This document shows positions 1 through 12,742 of a stretch of 64,000 bases of DNA, in pieces. Location: the NCBI RefSeq assembly GCF_009914755.1, contig NC_060936.1; one strand, given 5' to 3'. The translations under genes and the position numbers were made by a program. How positions within the stretch are numbered: position 1 is the stretch's first letter; each line of letters opens with the position of its first letter. The notes under the pieces are model-generated. The model was not told the origin of the DNA, did no database searches, and saw only the letters and a program-made list of their open reading frames with translations. Source of the DNA: the human T2T-CHM13v2.0 reference genome, Homo sapiens.

Positions 1-150
1 CTATGCTCTTGTATTCTAATTTTTTGAAATACTTTGAGAAGAATTAGTATTAGTTTTTCTTTAAACATTTTACATAATTTAGAAGTGAAATCATTAGGTC
101 ATAGGCTTTTCTTTGATGTGAAACTTTTTATTACTTATTCAATCTCAATT
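1..150 (-). mobile_element. Old L1 (L1M) ORF2 fragment, cut by window edge
   Basis: Resembles antisense L1 ORF2 (…gtgaaatcattaggtcataggcttttctttg…ttattcaatctc). Confidence 0.65.
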
Positions 151-269
151 TTATTAAATTTTCACATACATATTTTTAAGAATAAATTGGCATCTGAGAT
201 TTTTTTTTGCAAACTGTTTTTCGTTTTGTAGAGGGCTCAAAATATATTTATCTTTTACATTTCATGTTA

Positions 270-475
270 ATAATGCTAGATAAAATATATAAGCATATAA
301 ATGCTAGCACATATATTGACTTATTTAATCTTCATAACAGTCCTATGATATATATCCATATCAGCATACTTTGACAAAAACAGTAACTGAGGTACAAAGA
401 GATTAAACAGTGACAGTAAGTGGTAGACTCAGGATTCAATAGGTAGCCTGGCTCTAGCATCTGAGGTACAAACCC
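270..475 (-). mobile_element. MIR SINE
   Basis: Core resemblance: ttaatcttcataacagtcctatg…aactgaggtacaaagagattaa…agtaagtggtagactcaggattc. Confidence 0.7.
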
Positions 476-2129
476 CCCTGCTGTATTCTTAGTGGGAGGT
501 GTGGTATGCTTGGAACATCAGAGTAGATCGCACCCAACACAGGGTCTGTCACAGGTAGATGTTTGGTAACTATTAATGATAGCAACCAGGACTTCAATTT
601 CTGGGATTCAGATGACATCACATATTTACTTCAACTGCAAAAGATAGAGATATGCACATTCAAAATGGATATTTATCAAGAAGTTAGTAACAAATGACTC
701 AATAAACAATACACACTTGGCAATTTTTTGGAGTGAAGGATATTCATGTGTTATGACTTTCTGAAATGAAGATAATCAGGATAAATTAAGGGGAATCAAA
801 ATACTGTTATACTCAGTTCCATGCTATCTCTTTAGATTTCAGTACTATACAAGATGATAAGGGCTTAATGAAAAAAAAAATCAATGGATAAATTTTAACT
901 ACTTGCAGTTTTCAGTGGCTATGTTGTAACAGGCTCTTTCTGTTTTATTTTTGCTGGTGTTTTGCTTTGACTATAAATGATGATTTGCCTTCCTCTCATA
1001 TAATGTTTTGCCTTTTTATCATGGAAGTTATGTAGTCATTTGCATGGAAAAAATAGTTTGTTATTTGGGTACAGCAGTAATAAAATTGACTAATAATAAC
1101 TTTTCAGTTTTCCCTTTACTCTTTTTGCTCTTCCTACCTCCATGATGACTGTCTTGCTCTTTCTCTGAAAGCCTTCAGTGAGTAGTAAGACAGTTCATCA
1201 TTGCAGTACACAAGGTGATTGACATCAAGCTGGACAGGCGGGAAAGGGAAAAGGACAGGAGGTGTGGGGAAAACCTGATGAGAAATACAGCTTCCTTTTA
1301 ATCCTTCTGGAGAATCTCTGAAAATGTTTTTAAGTGGTTTACTGTTACAGGCAGAATCATAAAATATAAGTAATATCAGTTTTGAGTTTAATGAAGAGAG
1401 CTGTTATAGGTGTATTCTCATTTCCAGAGAACTCGAAGCTATTCCATTCCAGTTGACGTTGTTGGCCAAATACATCACATGCATATTGAATTTTGATGAT
1501 TTCAAAATCCAAAGATAAACAAGATAATAAAGCAAATGCTAGTAAGAAATAGAAATGAACAATAATATTTCAGCGATAGTGCTTGAAATATAAAATAAAT
1601 GAATAAGTTGATTTGGATAGGAATCCTCCGATTTTCTGCCACCCATTTTTCCTTGAGTAAACTTGGGAACACCAGACAGAATTTTTTAGAACATTCCTTG
1701 TGAACACTAAGCAAAAGGCTGAGTGGGGGTGTTAACTGAAGCTACAAGTCTCTTTATATTCTCTGTAATGCTTGAGCTATATTTAGAGTAACATTTCACC
1801 TTGTAAAGAGAGGATAGTCTGTAAATGATGCCGGGATTATTTGGGATTTACGTTGGCATCCTGCTTCATCCCGCTCCTCTACATGAGACTTATTTAGGTG
1901 GTTGATAACTATTATTCACATTGACTTTTAAATGTGATTAAGGCTTTTCACTCAGTTTAAAGGAAATAATTCTATTTTTAAGCCATCTTGGTAGAGAGCC
2001 TCATCGATGTGTGATAAAATACAAAGGAGATTTTTGCTCCACAAAGAGAGGGCAGAGATACTTGGGCAAGTCTCACTTATCTACATGGCTTTGCAATCTA
2101 TGGAAGATTTACTCTGTCACTTCTTTACC

Positions 2130-2932
2130 ACTTAGTCACTCCTGAGCCTACAGCAGTCTGGCTCTCATCCCCAGCAGTCCTTTGAAACTACCTGGCAAAG
2201 GCAGATTGGCCAAATCCAATAAACACTTTTTCCTTACTTATCTATCTGCATTTCCTTGCTGCATTTGGCGTTATTGATCCTTCTTTCATTCTTGGAACTT
2301 TATTTCCTCTGATAGCACTACCTCCTGTTTTTCCCTCTACCACTTTGATTAATGCTTACTGGACCTCCCTTCATGGATTATGAGTTATATTTTTGCAGTA
2401 GATCCAAACAGCATTCGGCTTCCCTGCTCCTATTTTGCACCCTGAACAGTCTGGCTCTTCCCATGTATTTCATGTCTCAATTGTTTGTGCTCCCATGTAA
2501 GGAGTTGGCCTAAAAGTCATAAACAATAAGGAGAGGATTTTTAGGTTCCTTCACCTTGCTGCCTTCATATCAGTCATCCAATTTCACATCTTAACTATTT
2601 CTTAATTCTATCCACTCTTCCATAGTCCTGTTAACACTGAACAGCATAAGGACTCACTTGTCACTTATTTCCTTGCCTTCAGTTATTTCTACCTGAAATC
2701 CACCTTTCAAACTTGAAAAAGGTAAATCTGACCATGCTATTCTCTTGCACTCTTCATTGGTTTCCCCTTGCTCCTAGAATAAAATACAGGTTCTTAGCAT
2801 GACATGTAAAGTCCTCCACGATTTGGTCATTGACTACCACTTTAGCTTCATTTTCCCGAATCCTATGCTACCAACATTGTACTACAATAGTATTCCATAG
2901 CTTATTTTCCACACATACTTCGCTACTTCTTT

Positions 2933-2977
<45 letters not shown>

Positions 2978-3270
2978 CACTACTTTATGTGCTTGAGATG
3001 CCTTGTATCCTCATTCTTTTTGTTCATAACTTCTTTATCTTTAAGGGAGTCTACTCAATCACCATTACTCTAGAAAGCCTTTTTTGTGTTCCATGATTGA
3101 ATTAGATGCTCTCTTTTTGTATTTTCCTAGTATCCCAGGTATTATATTGCACTTACTATGTACTTAAACTATGTTTCATGACCTTGTTGAGACCTAAGAA
3201 GCAAGGACTTAGATTGAGTATTAGTCACCTTTTTTTCCCTAGGATTGAGCATAATAGCTGGGTATAAACA
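2130..3270 (+). mobile_element. L2 LINE fragments
   Basis: L2 RT/3' hallmarks: cagtctggct…gaaactacctggcaaagg…gccaaatccaat…gctgcatttgg; aatctgaccatgctattc; aataaaatac…cttagcatgacat. Confidence 0.7.
2935..2972. repeat. (TG)n microsatellite
   Basis: About 19 TG units. Confidence 0.97.
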
Positions 3271-5464
3271 TAACAATGGTAATGAAGTAAACTGGTTAAA
3301 AATAAGGAAAACTTTTAGTGTATTGTGAGAAAAAATGGAGAACACATTGAGTGGAACATTTTGCATTAAGCTGTATCTATTTTTCTCTATATATTTTATA
3401 TTATAATGTATTGTGACAATATGGTCAGGAAGATAGGCATTTTGTTTGGCTGCTGCTATGGATCCTTTCTATATTTCTGGGTTTAATACTAACAAGTAGG
3501 TAAAGGAGCTATTCACTGCAGAGGGGAGAGGCTGCTATAGAAAGAGCGTGGATTCCAAGAGAAAAGTAGTGCTAGTGTGACTTACTATTATCAGGATTTA
3601 CATGTGATTTACATATCAATTTACTCAAATATTCCATAGAAATGAGATAATTTTTCAATTAAAGGGGCCATAAAGATTGTGTAATTCATCATCCCATCTG
3701 ACTGGTAATTTTGCCAAAGACAGAGCCTGGAAGATATTGAATAGTAAACTAAATGCTAATTTATTTCCTTCCTCTTTTTGCATATAAAGAAGAATTGTGA
3801 CATCAGTTTAAAATAAAGAAACCAAAATGCCTTGGCCTTGGGCCACATTGTTTCTTTATAGGCAAAGCTAAAAAAACAAGGTGCTCCTGATTTTTAGTGC
3901 ACCCATCTTTTAGATGATGTTCTGATTTCAATATTTTTAAAAAACCCCAAAGATGAAGTTTTCTTTTTTATAAATGTAGACTCTAGGAGATAGTCACACT
4001 TGTAACCCCCAATCTTGGCAGCTTCTACTACAAATTCCCTTATTCTAATTGCACTGTAAAAGTCTGTCTTTCATTTGCTAATCTGTGTCCTTTAGGGTGC
4101 TGGGTGCAGCTCAAAGTTCTGCTTAATTTTTTTAAAGGAAATGGTTTTATCTGATATTTCTTTGTTACTTTACTGTTACTGGCATACCCAACATTTTTTT
4201 TTGAAAAATCAGTTGATAGCAGAGTAAAGTAAGAGATGATAGTTACCCTTAAATATTGAACCAAGAAGTACATCCTGCTAAACTTTAGTTTATTATTCTA
4301 ATGGCAAAACTTGAAGACTTTATAAGGACATAGTTGAGTAAAATACCTACTGTCCTAATTGTGGGCCTAATTGAAGGGATTTGGAGAGAAGTGAGAGATA
4401 GTATTTAATAATTTAATAAGATTAAATCTAAACCATATTATGAACACCATTTATCACAGGCTAAGAAATGTCTGTTAGTGAAGCTGGAGAGCGAGCCACT
4501 TGATCTTATGGAGTTAAGGATCACATAGTGAAAGGAGTGTATTTTAAAGGAGGCGTGGTGAGGAGAGGCTGGATATTCTCCCTGGTCTTCTTCTGTGCCA
4601 TTCCCATGGCCTTTATGAAACTTTGCTTGTTTATTAGTACTGTAGCAGAGTAGTAAGCAGTTTTCATGACTTTACTATTCTCTTTCCTCCCATTCAGATG
4701 TGTATTTTGACTTTCATGATTCTCTCAGCCTGCTTAGTTGCTCTCTGTGTTTTTCTATGTGACCTTTCCAACAAGTACCTTCTTCTTCTCCAGATAGCTT
4801 CTAAGACGTCTTAACAAGTGATTATTTGAAGGTTTTAAGAAAAATACTCAATGACCAAGAATTCACTGAAATATCAGACATTGAGCATGTTGTGTGCCTC
4901 AGTTGGGATTTTTTTTTTCAAATTGCTTCTTAAAGGAAGTGATATGATTTAATGCTATTAAATATAGATGAAGATGAACTGTGGAATTGAGGTTGTTTTA
5001 TCACATATTTTTTAATAAGTGAAAATAAATTCTACATGTCATGTATAATACTACTATTTTTCTTCCACTCTGAAGAAAATATTGCCCTGTTCATAGGTGT
5101 ATTTATCCCATACTCAAATGCCTCAGCCCTTCTCATTTTGAGATTGATTGCTTGTGCTTCTCAGGTTTTTCAGAGACACTCCCAACCTGTTTCAGCAACC
5201 TCTCTTGCTTCCTACCTCATAGCTGGATATTCTTTCATCCATAACTTGTATTTCAAAGCTGCCCTAACATTTATTTTTGTTGCTTTGCTGAATTCATGTT
5301 AGGTAGAAGTGTGCCCTATGGAAAATAATTAACTGTTACCAAATATATCGTTCATCTTAAGCTTTTAAAGGAAGAGTTTTGAGAGGATTTCCACTGATTT
5401 ATTTCCAACTAACTCAATTTATGATTGACTCTTTCTAGATCAGACATTACAAATGGACAAACTA

Positions 5465-5690
5465 CAGGCCAAGTATGGCACATGGATAGATTTTATTTGG
5501 TCTTGAAGATGTTATTAAGCCTTTGAATTAATTGCCAATATTTTACAGTTGGGAGATTTCACATAAAAATCCAGATTACTAGCTTGCTTGCTTTCTTTTT
5601 TCCCCCCGGCTTTCTTGAAATATTAGAATTATCTGGCAACACTGGGCCTGCATTCCCATGTGGGCACTGGTTGGTTAGGGATGAAGGTTT
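5465..5690. mobile_element. hAT-Charlie non-autonomous DNA transposon (MER102-like)
   Basis: gggagatttcacataaaaatccagatt…tctggcaacactgggcctgcattcccatgtgg matches my recollection of MER102. Confidence 0.55.
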
Positions 5691-5794
5691 TAGAATATGA
5701 GCTCTCCATTTATTTACAGGTCTCTACTCTATTTCATCCCCATTTGTATTTCTCCTTGTCCCAGTAGACTTTTTAATTGGTCCGTGCGCTAGAC

Positions 5795-7249
5795 CAGTGC
5801 TTCTCAAATTTTAATTTACATGTGAATCACCTGGGGACCTGTCAAAATCCAAATATCGATTCAGTGATGGGTGGGGCCCGATTGTGCATTTCTTTTTTTT
5901 TTTTTTTTTATACTTTAAGTTCTAGGGTACATGTGCACAACATGCAGGTTTGTTACATATGTATACATGTGCCATGTTGGTGTGCTGCACCCATTAACTT
6001 GTCATTTACATTGGGTATATCTCCTAATGCTATCCCTCCCCCTTCCCTCTGAGAGATTTTGTCACCACCAGGCCTGCCTTAGGAGAGCTCCTGAAGGAAG
6101 CACTAAACACGGAAAGGAAGAACCAGTACCAGCCACTGCAAAAACATGCCAAATTCTAAAGACCATTGATGCTAGGAAGAAACTGCATCAACTAGTGAGC
6201 AAAATAACCAGCCAACATCATAATGACAGGATCAAATTCACACATAACAATATTAACCTTACATGTAAATGGGCTAAATACTCCAATTAAAAGACACAGA
6301 CTGGCAAATTGGATGAAGAGTCAAGACCCATCAGTGTGCTGTATTCAGGAGACCCATCTCATGTGCAGAGACACACATAGGCTCAAAATAAAGAGATGGA
6401 GGAAGATCTACCAAGCAAATGGAAAACAACAACAAAAACAGCAGGGGTTGCAATCCTAGTCTCTGATAAAACACAGTTTAAACCAACGAAGATCAAAAGA
6501 GACAAAGAAGGCCATTACATAATGGTAAAGGGATCAATTCAACAAGAAGAGCTAACTATCCTAAATATATATATGCACCCAATGCAGGAGCACCCAGATT
6601 CATAAAGCAAGTCCTTAGAGACCTACAAAGAGACTTAGACTCCCACACAATAATAATGGAAGACTTTAACACCCGACTGTCAACATTAGACAGATCAACG
6701 AGACAGAAAGTTAACAAGGATATCCAGGAATTGAACTCAGCTCTGCACCAAGCGGACCTAATAGACATCTACAGAACTCTCCACCCCAAATCAACAGAAT
6801 ATACATTCTTCTCAGCACTGCATCGCACTTATTCCGAAATTGACCACATAGTTGGAAGTAAAGCCCTCCTCAGCAAATGTAAAAGAACAGAAATTATAAC
6901 AAACTGTCTCTCAGACCACAGTGCAATCAAACTAGAACTCAGGATTAAGAAACTCACTCAAAACTGCTCAACTACATGGAAACTGAACAACCTGCTCCTG
7001 AATGGCTACTGGGTACATAACGAAATGAAGGCAGAAATAAAGATGTTCTTGGAAACCAATGAGAACAAAGACACAACATACCAGAATCTCTGGGACACAT
7101 TTACAGCAGTGTGTAGAGGGAAATTTATAGCACTAAATGCCCACAAGAGAAAGCAGGAAAGATCTAAAATTGACACCGATTGTGCATTTCTAACAGTCTC
7201 CTAGTGATGTCAATGTTGCCATTCCAGGGCAGTATTTTGAGTAGTAAGG
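5795..7249 (+). mobile_element. MER5A1-like hAT element split by the L1 insertion (pieces 5795-5893 and 7176-7249)
   Basis: Starts cagtgcttctcaaa…gaatcacctgggga; resumes gcatttctaaca…gtgatg…ttttgagtagtaagg. 8-bp flanks cgctagac / ttctagac. Confidence 0.75.
5894..7175. mobile_element. L1PA (approx. PA4-PA7) insertion with 5' inversion: 3' end on - strand (5894-~6048), ORF1 end + ORF2 endonuclease region on + strand (~6049-7175)
   Basis: T17 tail plus L1 3'UTR in antisense, then sense ORF1 end and ORF2 start MTGSNSHITILT at 6223 (frameshifted). 16-bp TSD CCGATTGTGCATTTCT at 5878-5893 and 7176-7191. Confidence 0.95.
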
Positions 7250-7257
7250 TTCTAGAC

Positions 7258-7375
7258 CAGTGGTTCTTCATGTATGATTCTTAACCAAAAGCATTAGCAA
7301 CTACGGAATCAAGCAATCTGTTTTATGAAACCCTGATGGTGACTCTGATACACACTCATATTTGAGAACCACCAT
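7258..7375. mobile_element. MER5A-like element, internally deleted
   Basis: cagtggttct…ggtgactctgatacacactcatatttgagaaccac termini. Confidence 0.6.
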
Positions 7376-7424
7376 CCTAGTCTATCTCGGGTATGAATAC
7401 TATTTTTAAAATCACCTTCTAAGT

Positions 7425-7605
7425 CTGATGTTTTAAACCCTGGCTGAATGTTAGACATTATTTGGAGAATTTTCAAAAAAAGATTGATGCTTGAGCTGCA
7501 CTCCTAGAGCCTCAGAGAGAATTGATCTGGAGTGGGGCCCAGGCATCAGTATTTCTAAAAGGTTCTCAATTTATTCTAAGGTACAGCACAGCTGAGAACC
7601 ATGCT
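7425..7605. mobile_element. MER5B-like element
   Basis: aaccctggctgaatgttag…gatctggagtggggcccaggcatcagtattt…ttctaaggtacagc…tgagaaccatg. Confidence 0.65.
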
Positions 7606-9822
7606 CAGTAAAGAGACTTTCTTGGCACATTACCTGAATGTTCAATAGCTCTCTTGTCAGAAAAAATTTATAACTGTAACACTTCTAATTTAAGTCCATT
7701 TGTTTTTTGCTATATCCTCTGTAAAGAAAAAAGTAGCTGATTTCCCATCATGTTCTTAATGATTACTAGGTCCTTTGATCAAAAATGGTGTTTCATAAGT
7801 CATCTCTTTACAAGTGTATTTGTTGTTTTGAAAGCCTGTTTCACTATCTCCTTGCAGAATGCATTCTATTTTTGTGCTTTATGGATTAGGAAACATTTCT
7901 TGCTAATTCTGTTGACACAACCTAATGGATTAAGTTGTGCACTGCACAACTCTAGAAGGCTGCCATTCACATTTGTTGCCATCATAGATTTGTGCATTTA
8001 TTAAGACTGTTTTCTGGTTGATGGTATTACAGTGCCTTGCGTAAGAGGTGGCTTTTTCTAAATTGTGTAATGGCTTCATTTGGGCTAGCAATAAGGCTCT
8101 ATTTAGTTTAACAAACAAAACCACTATAAATTCATGATAAAACAAATTTACTTCAACTGAAAAACATACTATGTAACAATTGTTTGATAAATAAGCATTG
8201 GTTTTATTTAGTATCAGTGTTAAGCAGTTAATAAACTTTAATTAGCTAATCTATTGGTAAACTTATGGTAGTAGTGTTCTGGAAAAATTATTTGAAGGTT
8301 AAATATTAATACCGAATTCATTTGACTATTTTAGAACTATTTTTCAAAGTTGTGTCCGTTATGTATTATGTTCTGAATTGTGACATTAAGAATTACAACT
8401 TACTATCTCTAAAGTGTCTTAGAGTATGTAAAATGCTATTACAGGTTAGCCCAATGATTTGAACTACAGCATTACAGAAAGCAATTTAGGAAAAAAAAAT
8501 GAAAGAAAGAAAAGGAGACATATTATCACTAGTCATTTTGTTTGCCTTTAGAGGTAATGGAAATTTTTTATTTTTACTTTTTTTTTTTGTATGTGTGGAA
8601 GACGCAAAGGAATAACTTAAGCTAACTCTGCAAAAATAATAGATCCTTTGCCTTTGGGCTTAAAGTGTAAGTGACTGGCTTGTAATGCCACTTTACCACC
8701 TGCTGTTATATTCAGTCAGAGTGGAAATGAAACATTTGTATATTGTAGCAGTCGGTACTGTGCCATATATATTTTCTTAATTTGAACATGTCAACAGAGC
8801 ATGGTTTGCATCTTATCCAGCTTCCTCTTTTCCTCTAAGGTTTAAGGGGTGTGTTTGTTTATGGCAGAGCACATTTTGATGTTTTTCATTGACACCAGAT
8901 AATATACCATACTAAAGAATGCAGGCTTTCAGTAGCCAAAAAATTTATGTTTGAAATAGAGGTCTAACTAAATTTTTATATAAACTCATTGGCAGTAAAG
9001 CAAAGAAATTTAGAGCAAGTTGACACAGAGTCTTGCCTTTTATACTACAATGCCGTGACAGGGGACTGAATATTTGTGGAAATCAACACTGGTAATCCAT
9101 AATAAACCTGTAAATGTTGTTTATTTAGTATTTACCTAGGTAATAGCAGAAGTGCATGTGATCTGATTTTTGAATTTTTTTTTCTGGCATTGTGTACACA
9201 CTGCCTCTACTATTTTTTTTCCTTCAAAAAGCTTTTTAAAACAATAGACTTTAGTTCAGACTGCATTTTTAGTAATAGAAAGATAGATGGCTTAGGCATG
9301 CTCTTTTCAGTGTCTCATAGCTCTGGGTGCAAATCCCTACTATTTTTGATTTATTGTAGGTCCTTTGAGCCCCTTTTCCATTAACATAAAAATACAACAG
9401 GATGCAGCATAGAGTTCAGATTGCAAATATGGACTCTGAAGCTAGGCAGCCCAGGATTTAACTATTGGAAAGGATTTAAAGACAGTCATGGTGTTATGGG
9501 AAGGAACTTTTGTTATTACTTTTCCTTTACTAGCAATAAATGGAATTTTTGAAGTTAACATTACAAAAACATACTTTGTTCTATTCTATAATATAAAAAT
9601 ATTACCTCCTTTTTCTCCACTTATTTTCCCTCTCCTTCCTCACTTTTCTCCTTCTAGTTTCCTGGATTCACAATCTTGGTTAATGGAATACAATGATTCC
9701 ATTCATTTCCCCATTCATTCAGTTGGGTAGTGTGGTCTATGCTTCTTTGTTGAGTTTCTCATCTGAATTTAATATTTAGTTAATTACCAAGTCCTGCCTG
9801 TTTCCACCTCTGAAATCCCTCT

Positions 9823-9921
9823 GGGTATATCTCCAAAGAGTACAAAATATCAGTCAGATAGGAGGAATAAGTTCAAGTTGTACAACATGGTGACTATGGT
9901 TAATAGCAATGTACTATATTC
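9823..9921 (+). repeat. Inverted copy of 10299-10399 (templated insertion), flanked by 17-bp direct repeats
   Basis: Reverse complement aligns to 10299-10399 with 4 substitutions and one 2-bp gap. Direct repeats at 9806-9822 and 9928-9944. Confidence 0.93.
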
Positions 9922-11315
9922 AGATATACCTCTGAAATGCCTCTATATTTTACATAGGATTCTATTATCTCTTACTTAGACTACTACAATATCTGCTTCT
10001 ATTCTCCTCCCATCTAAAGCAGTGATTTTCAACCTTCATTTCACTTTTGGGCCATTAAACAAATGAAGAAGCCTAGGTCCTACCTTAGAAAAATTAAGAA
10101 TCGGTGGAAGTGAACACCAGGCATTAATTTTTACAATTTATTAATTAACCATTATAATTGATAAATAAAAATTGTATATCCTTAACATGTACAACATGAT
10201 GTTTTGAAATATGCATACATCGTGGAATGGCTAAGTCAAGCTAATTAACACATGCTTTACCTACCTCACATACTTATTACTCTCTTACCAATTGTCAAGA
10301 ATATAGTACATTGCTATTAACCATAGCCACCATGTTGTACAACTTGAACTTATTCCTCCTATCTGACGGAAATTTTGTACTCCCTTTGGAGATAGACCCA
10401 TAAGAGGGACTGCTGGATCATATGATAATTCTATTTTTAATTTATTTAGGAACTTCTACACTGGTTTTCATAATGGCTGTAATAATTTACATTCCCATCA
10501 AGGGAATGTGTGCAAGGATTCCCTTTTCTTCTCATCCTCTCCAGCACTTAGTATCTTTTGTTTTTTCTGTAGTAGCCATTCTAACAGGTGTGAGGTGATA
10601 ACTCATTGTGGTTCTCATTTGTATTTCCCTGATAATTAGTGATGTTGACATTTTTTTCATATACTTCTTGGCCATTTGTATGTCTTCTTTGGAGAACTGT
10701 CAATTGCAGTGGTTTGCTCATTTCAAAATCAAATTATTTGTTTTCACTATTGAGTTGTTTGACTTTCTTATATTAACCCTTCATCAGGTATATAGTTTGC
10801 AAATATTTTCTCCCGTTCTTTACTTTGTTGATTGTTTCCTTTGCTGCATAGAAGTATTTTAGTTTGATATAATCTGATTTGTTTAGTTTTGCTTTTTGTT
10901 GCCTGTGCTTTTGAGGTTGTATCCAAAAAAAATTATTGCCCAAAGCAGTACCATTGAGCTTTTCTCCTCTGTTTTCTTCTAGTGGTTTTATAGTTTCAGT
11001 TCTTATGTTTATATCTTTAACCCATTTTGCATTGACTTGTGTATATGGTATGAGATCAGGGTCTAATTTCATTATTCTGCATGTGGATATTTAGCTTTTC
11101 CAGCACCATTTATTGAAGGGACTGTCCTTTCTCTATTGTGTGTTCTTGGCACATTTGCCAAAAGTCAATTGACCAAAAATGCAAGGATTTATTTCTGGGC
11201 TCCCTATTTTGTTCTATTGGTCTATGTGTCTGTTTTTATGCCAGCACTTTGGTGTTTTTATTTCTATGGCTTTATAGTATGTTTTCAATTAAGGCAGTGT
11301 GATGCCTCTGGCTTT

Positions 11316-11343
11316 GTTTTTTGTTGTTGTTGTTGTTGTTGTT
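11316..11343. repeat. (TTG)n repeat
   Basis: About 8 TTG units. Confidence 0.9.
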
Positions 11344-11540
11344 CAAAATTGGTTTGGATATTTGGGCTCTTCTGTGGTTTTGTATAAATTTTAGGCACTT
11401 TTTTTTCCTGTTTGTGCAAAAAATGTCATTTGACAGGAATTACATTGAATATATAGATTGCTTTGGGTAATTTATCAATATTTTAACAATATTAATTCTT
11501 TCAATACATGAATACTGATATCTTTCCATTTATTTGTGTC

Positions 11541-11853
11541 TTTTTCTTTTCTTTTTTCTTTCTTTTTGTTTGTTTTGTTTTGTTTTTCGAGATGGCATCT
11601 TGCTCTGTTGGCCAAGCTGGAACACAGTTGTGCAATCTTGGCTTACTGAAACCTCTGACTTCTGGGTTCAAGTAATTCTCCTGCCTCAGCCTCCCAAGTA
11701 GCTGGGACTACAGGCCTGTGCCAGCATGCCCAGCTAATTTTTGTATTTTTAGTAGAGACAGGGTTTCACTATGTCGGCCAGGCTGGTCTCAAACTCCTGG
11801 CCTCAAGTGATCTGCCCGCATTGGCCTCCCAAAGTGCTGGGATTACAGGCGCG
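11541..11853 (-). mobile_element. Alu (AluS/J), slightly 5'-truncated
   Basis: T-rich tail, both arms, ends ccaaagtgctgggattacaggcgcg. Confidence 0.95.
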
Positions 11854-12330
11854 ATTTCTGTTTCTTTTGTCAGGGTTTTATAGTTTTCATCATACAGGTA
11901 TTCTGCCTTATTGGTTATATTTATTCCTGAGGTTTTTTTTTTGTAGATACTGTAAACAGGATAGTTTATTTGATTCTTTTGATAGTTTCTTGTTAGTATA
12001 TAGAAACACTACTGATTTCTGTATATTAATTTTGTATCCTGCAACTTTACTGAATTCATTTATTAGCTCCAGTAGTTTTTTTGGTGGGGTCTTCAAGGTT
12101 TTCAATATGTAAGATTGTGTCATTGGCAAATGAGAACGGTTGAAATTCTTTTCTCATTTGGATGATTTTTATTTCTTCTCTTGCCTAATTGCTCTAGCTA
12201 GGGCTTCCAGGACTATGTTTACTGGAAGTGACAAGTGTGGGCATCCTTGTCTTGTTCTGGATTTCAGAGGAAAGGCTTTTAAATTATTGCTGTTGAGTAT
12301 AATGTTAGCTATGGGTTTTTCATATATGGA

Positions 12331-12742
12331 TAATATAGTTTGGATGTGAGTTCCTGCCCAAATCTCATGTCAAAATCTAATTCCCACTGTTGAAGATGGG
12401 GCCTGATGGGAGGTGATTAGATCATGGGGGTGGACTTCTCATGGATCATTTAGTACCATCCTCTTGATACTGTTCTCACAATAGTGAGTTCCCATGAGAT
12501 CTGGTCATTTAAAATCATGTGCCCCCTCCCCCTTCACTCTCTTGCTCCTGCTCTGGCCATGTACATGCCTACTCCCCCTTTGCCATGATTGTAATTTTCC
12601 TGAGGCTTCCCTAGAAGCCAAGCAGAGGTCAGCATCATGATTCCTGTACAGCCTGTGAAACCATGAGGCAATTAAACATTTTCTTCATAAATTACCCCAT
12701 CTTGAATATTTCTTTATAGCAATGTGAGAACAGCCTAACACA
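12331..12742 (+). mobile_element. MST-family MaLR 5' LTR
   Basis: taatatagtttggatgtg…caaatctcatgt…gggaggtgattagatcatgggg…aattaaac…ttctttatagcaatg…ctaacaca. Confidence 0.85.

Larger units (their letters stand above)
10135..12330 (-). mobile_element. L1MA-type LINE (3' end plus ORF2 C-terminal part), interrupted by an Alu
   Basis: 3'UTR ggaatggctaagtcaagctaattaac. Minus-strand ORFs 10773..11072 (KLDPDLIPYT…WVKDINIR) and 11908..12129 (KKLLELINEFSKVAGYKINIQKS) are L1 ORF2. Confidence 0.92.

Noticed and set aside
5931-7204. ORFs of 78-182 aa with an endonuclease-like sequence
   Set aside because: Frameshifted L1 ORF1/ORF2 remnants, not a host gene.
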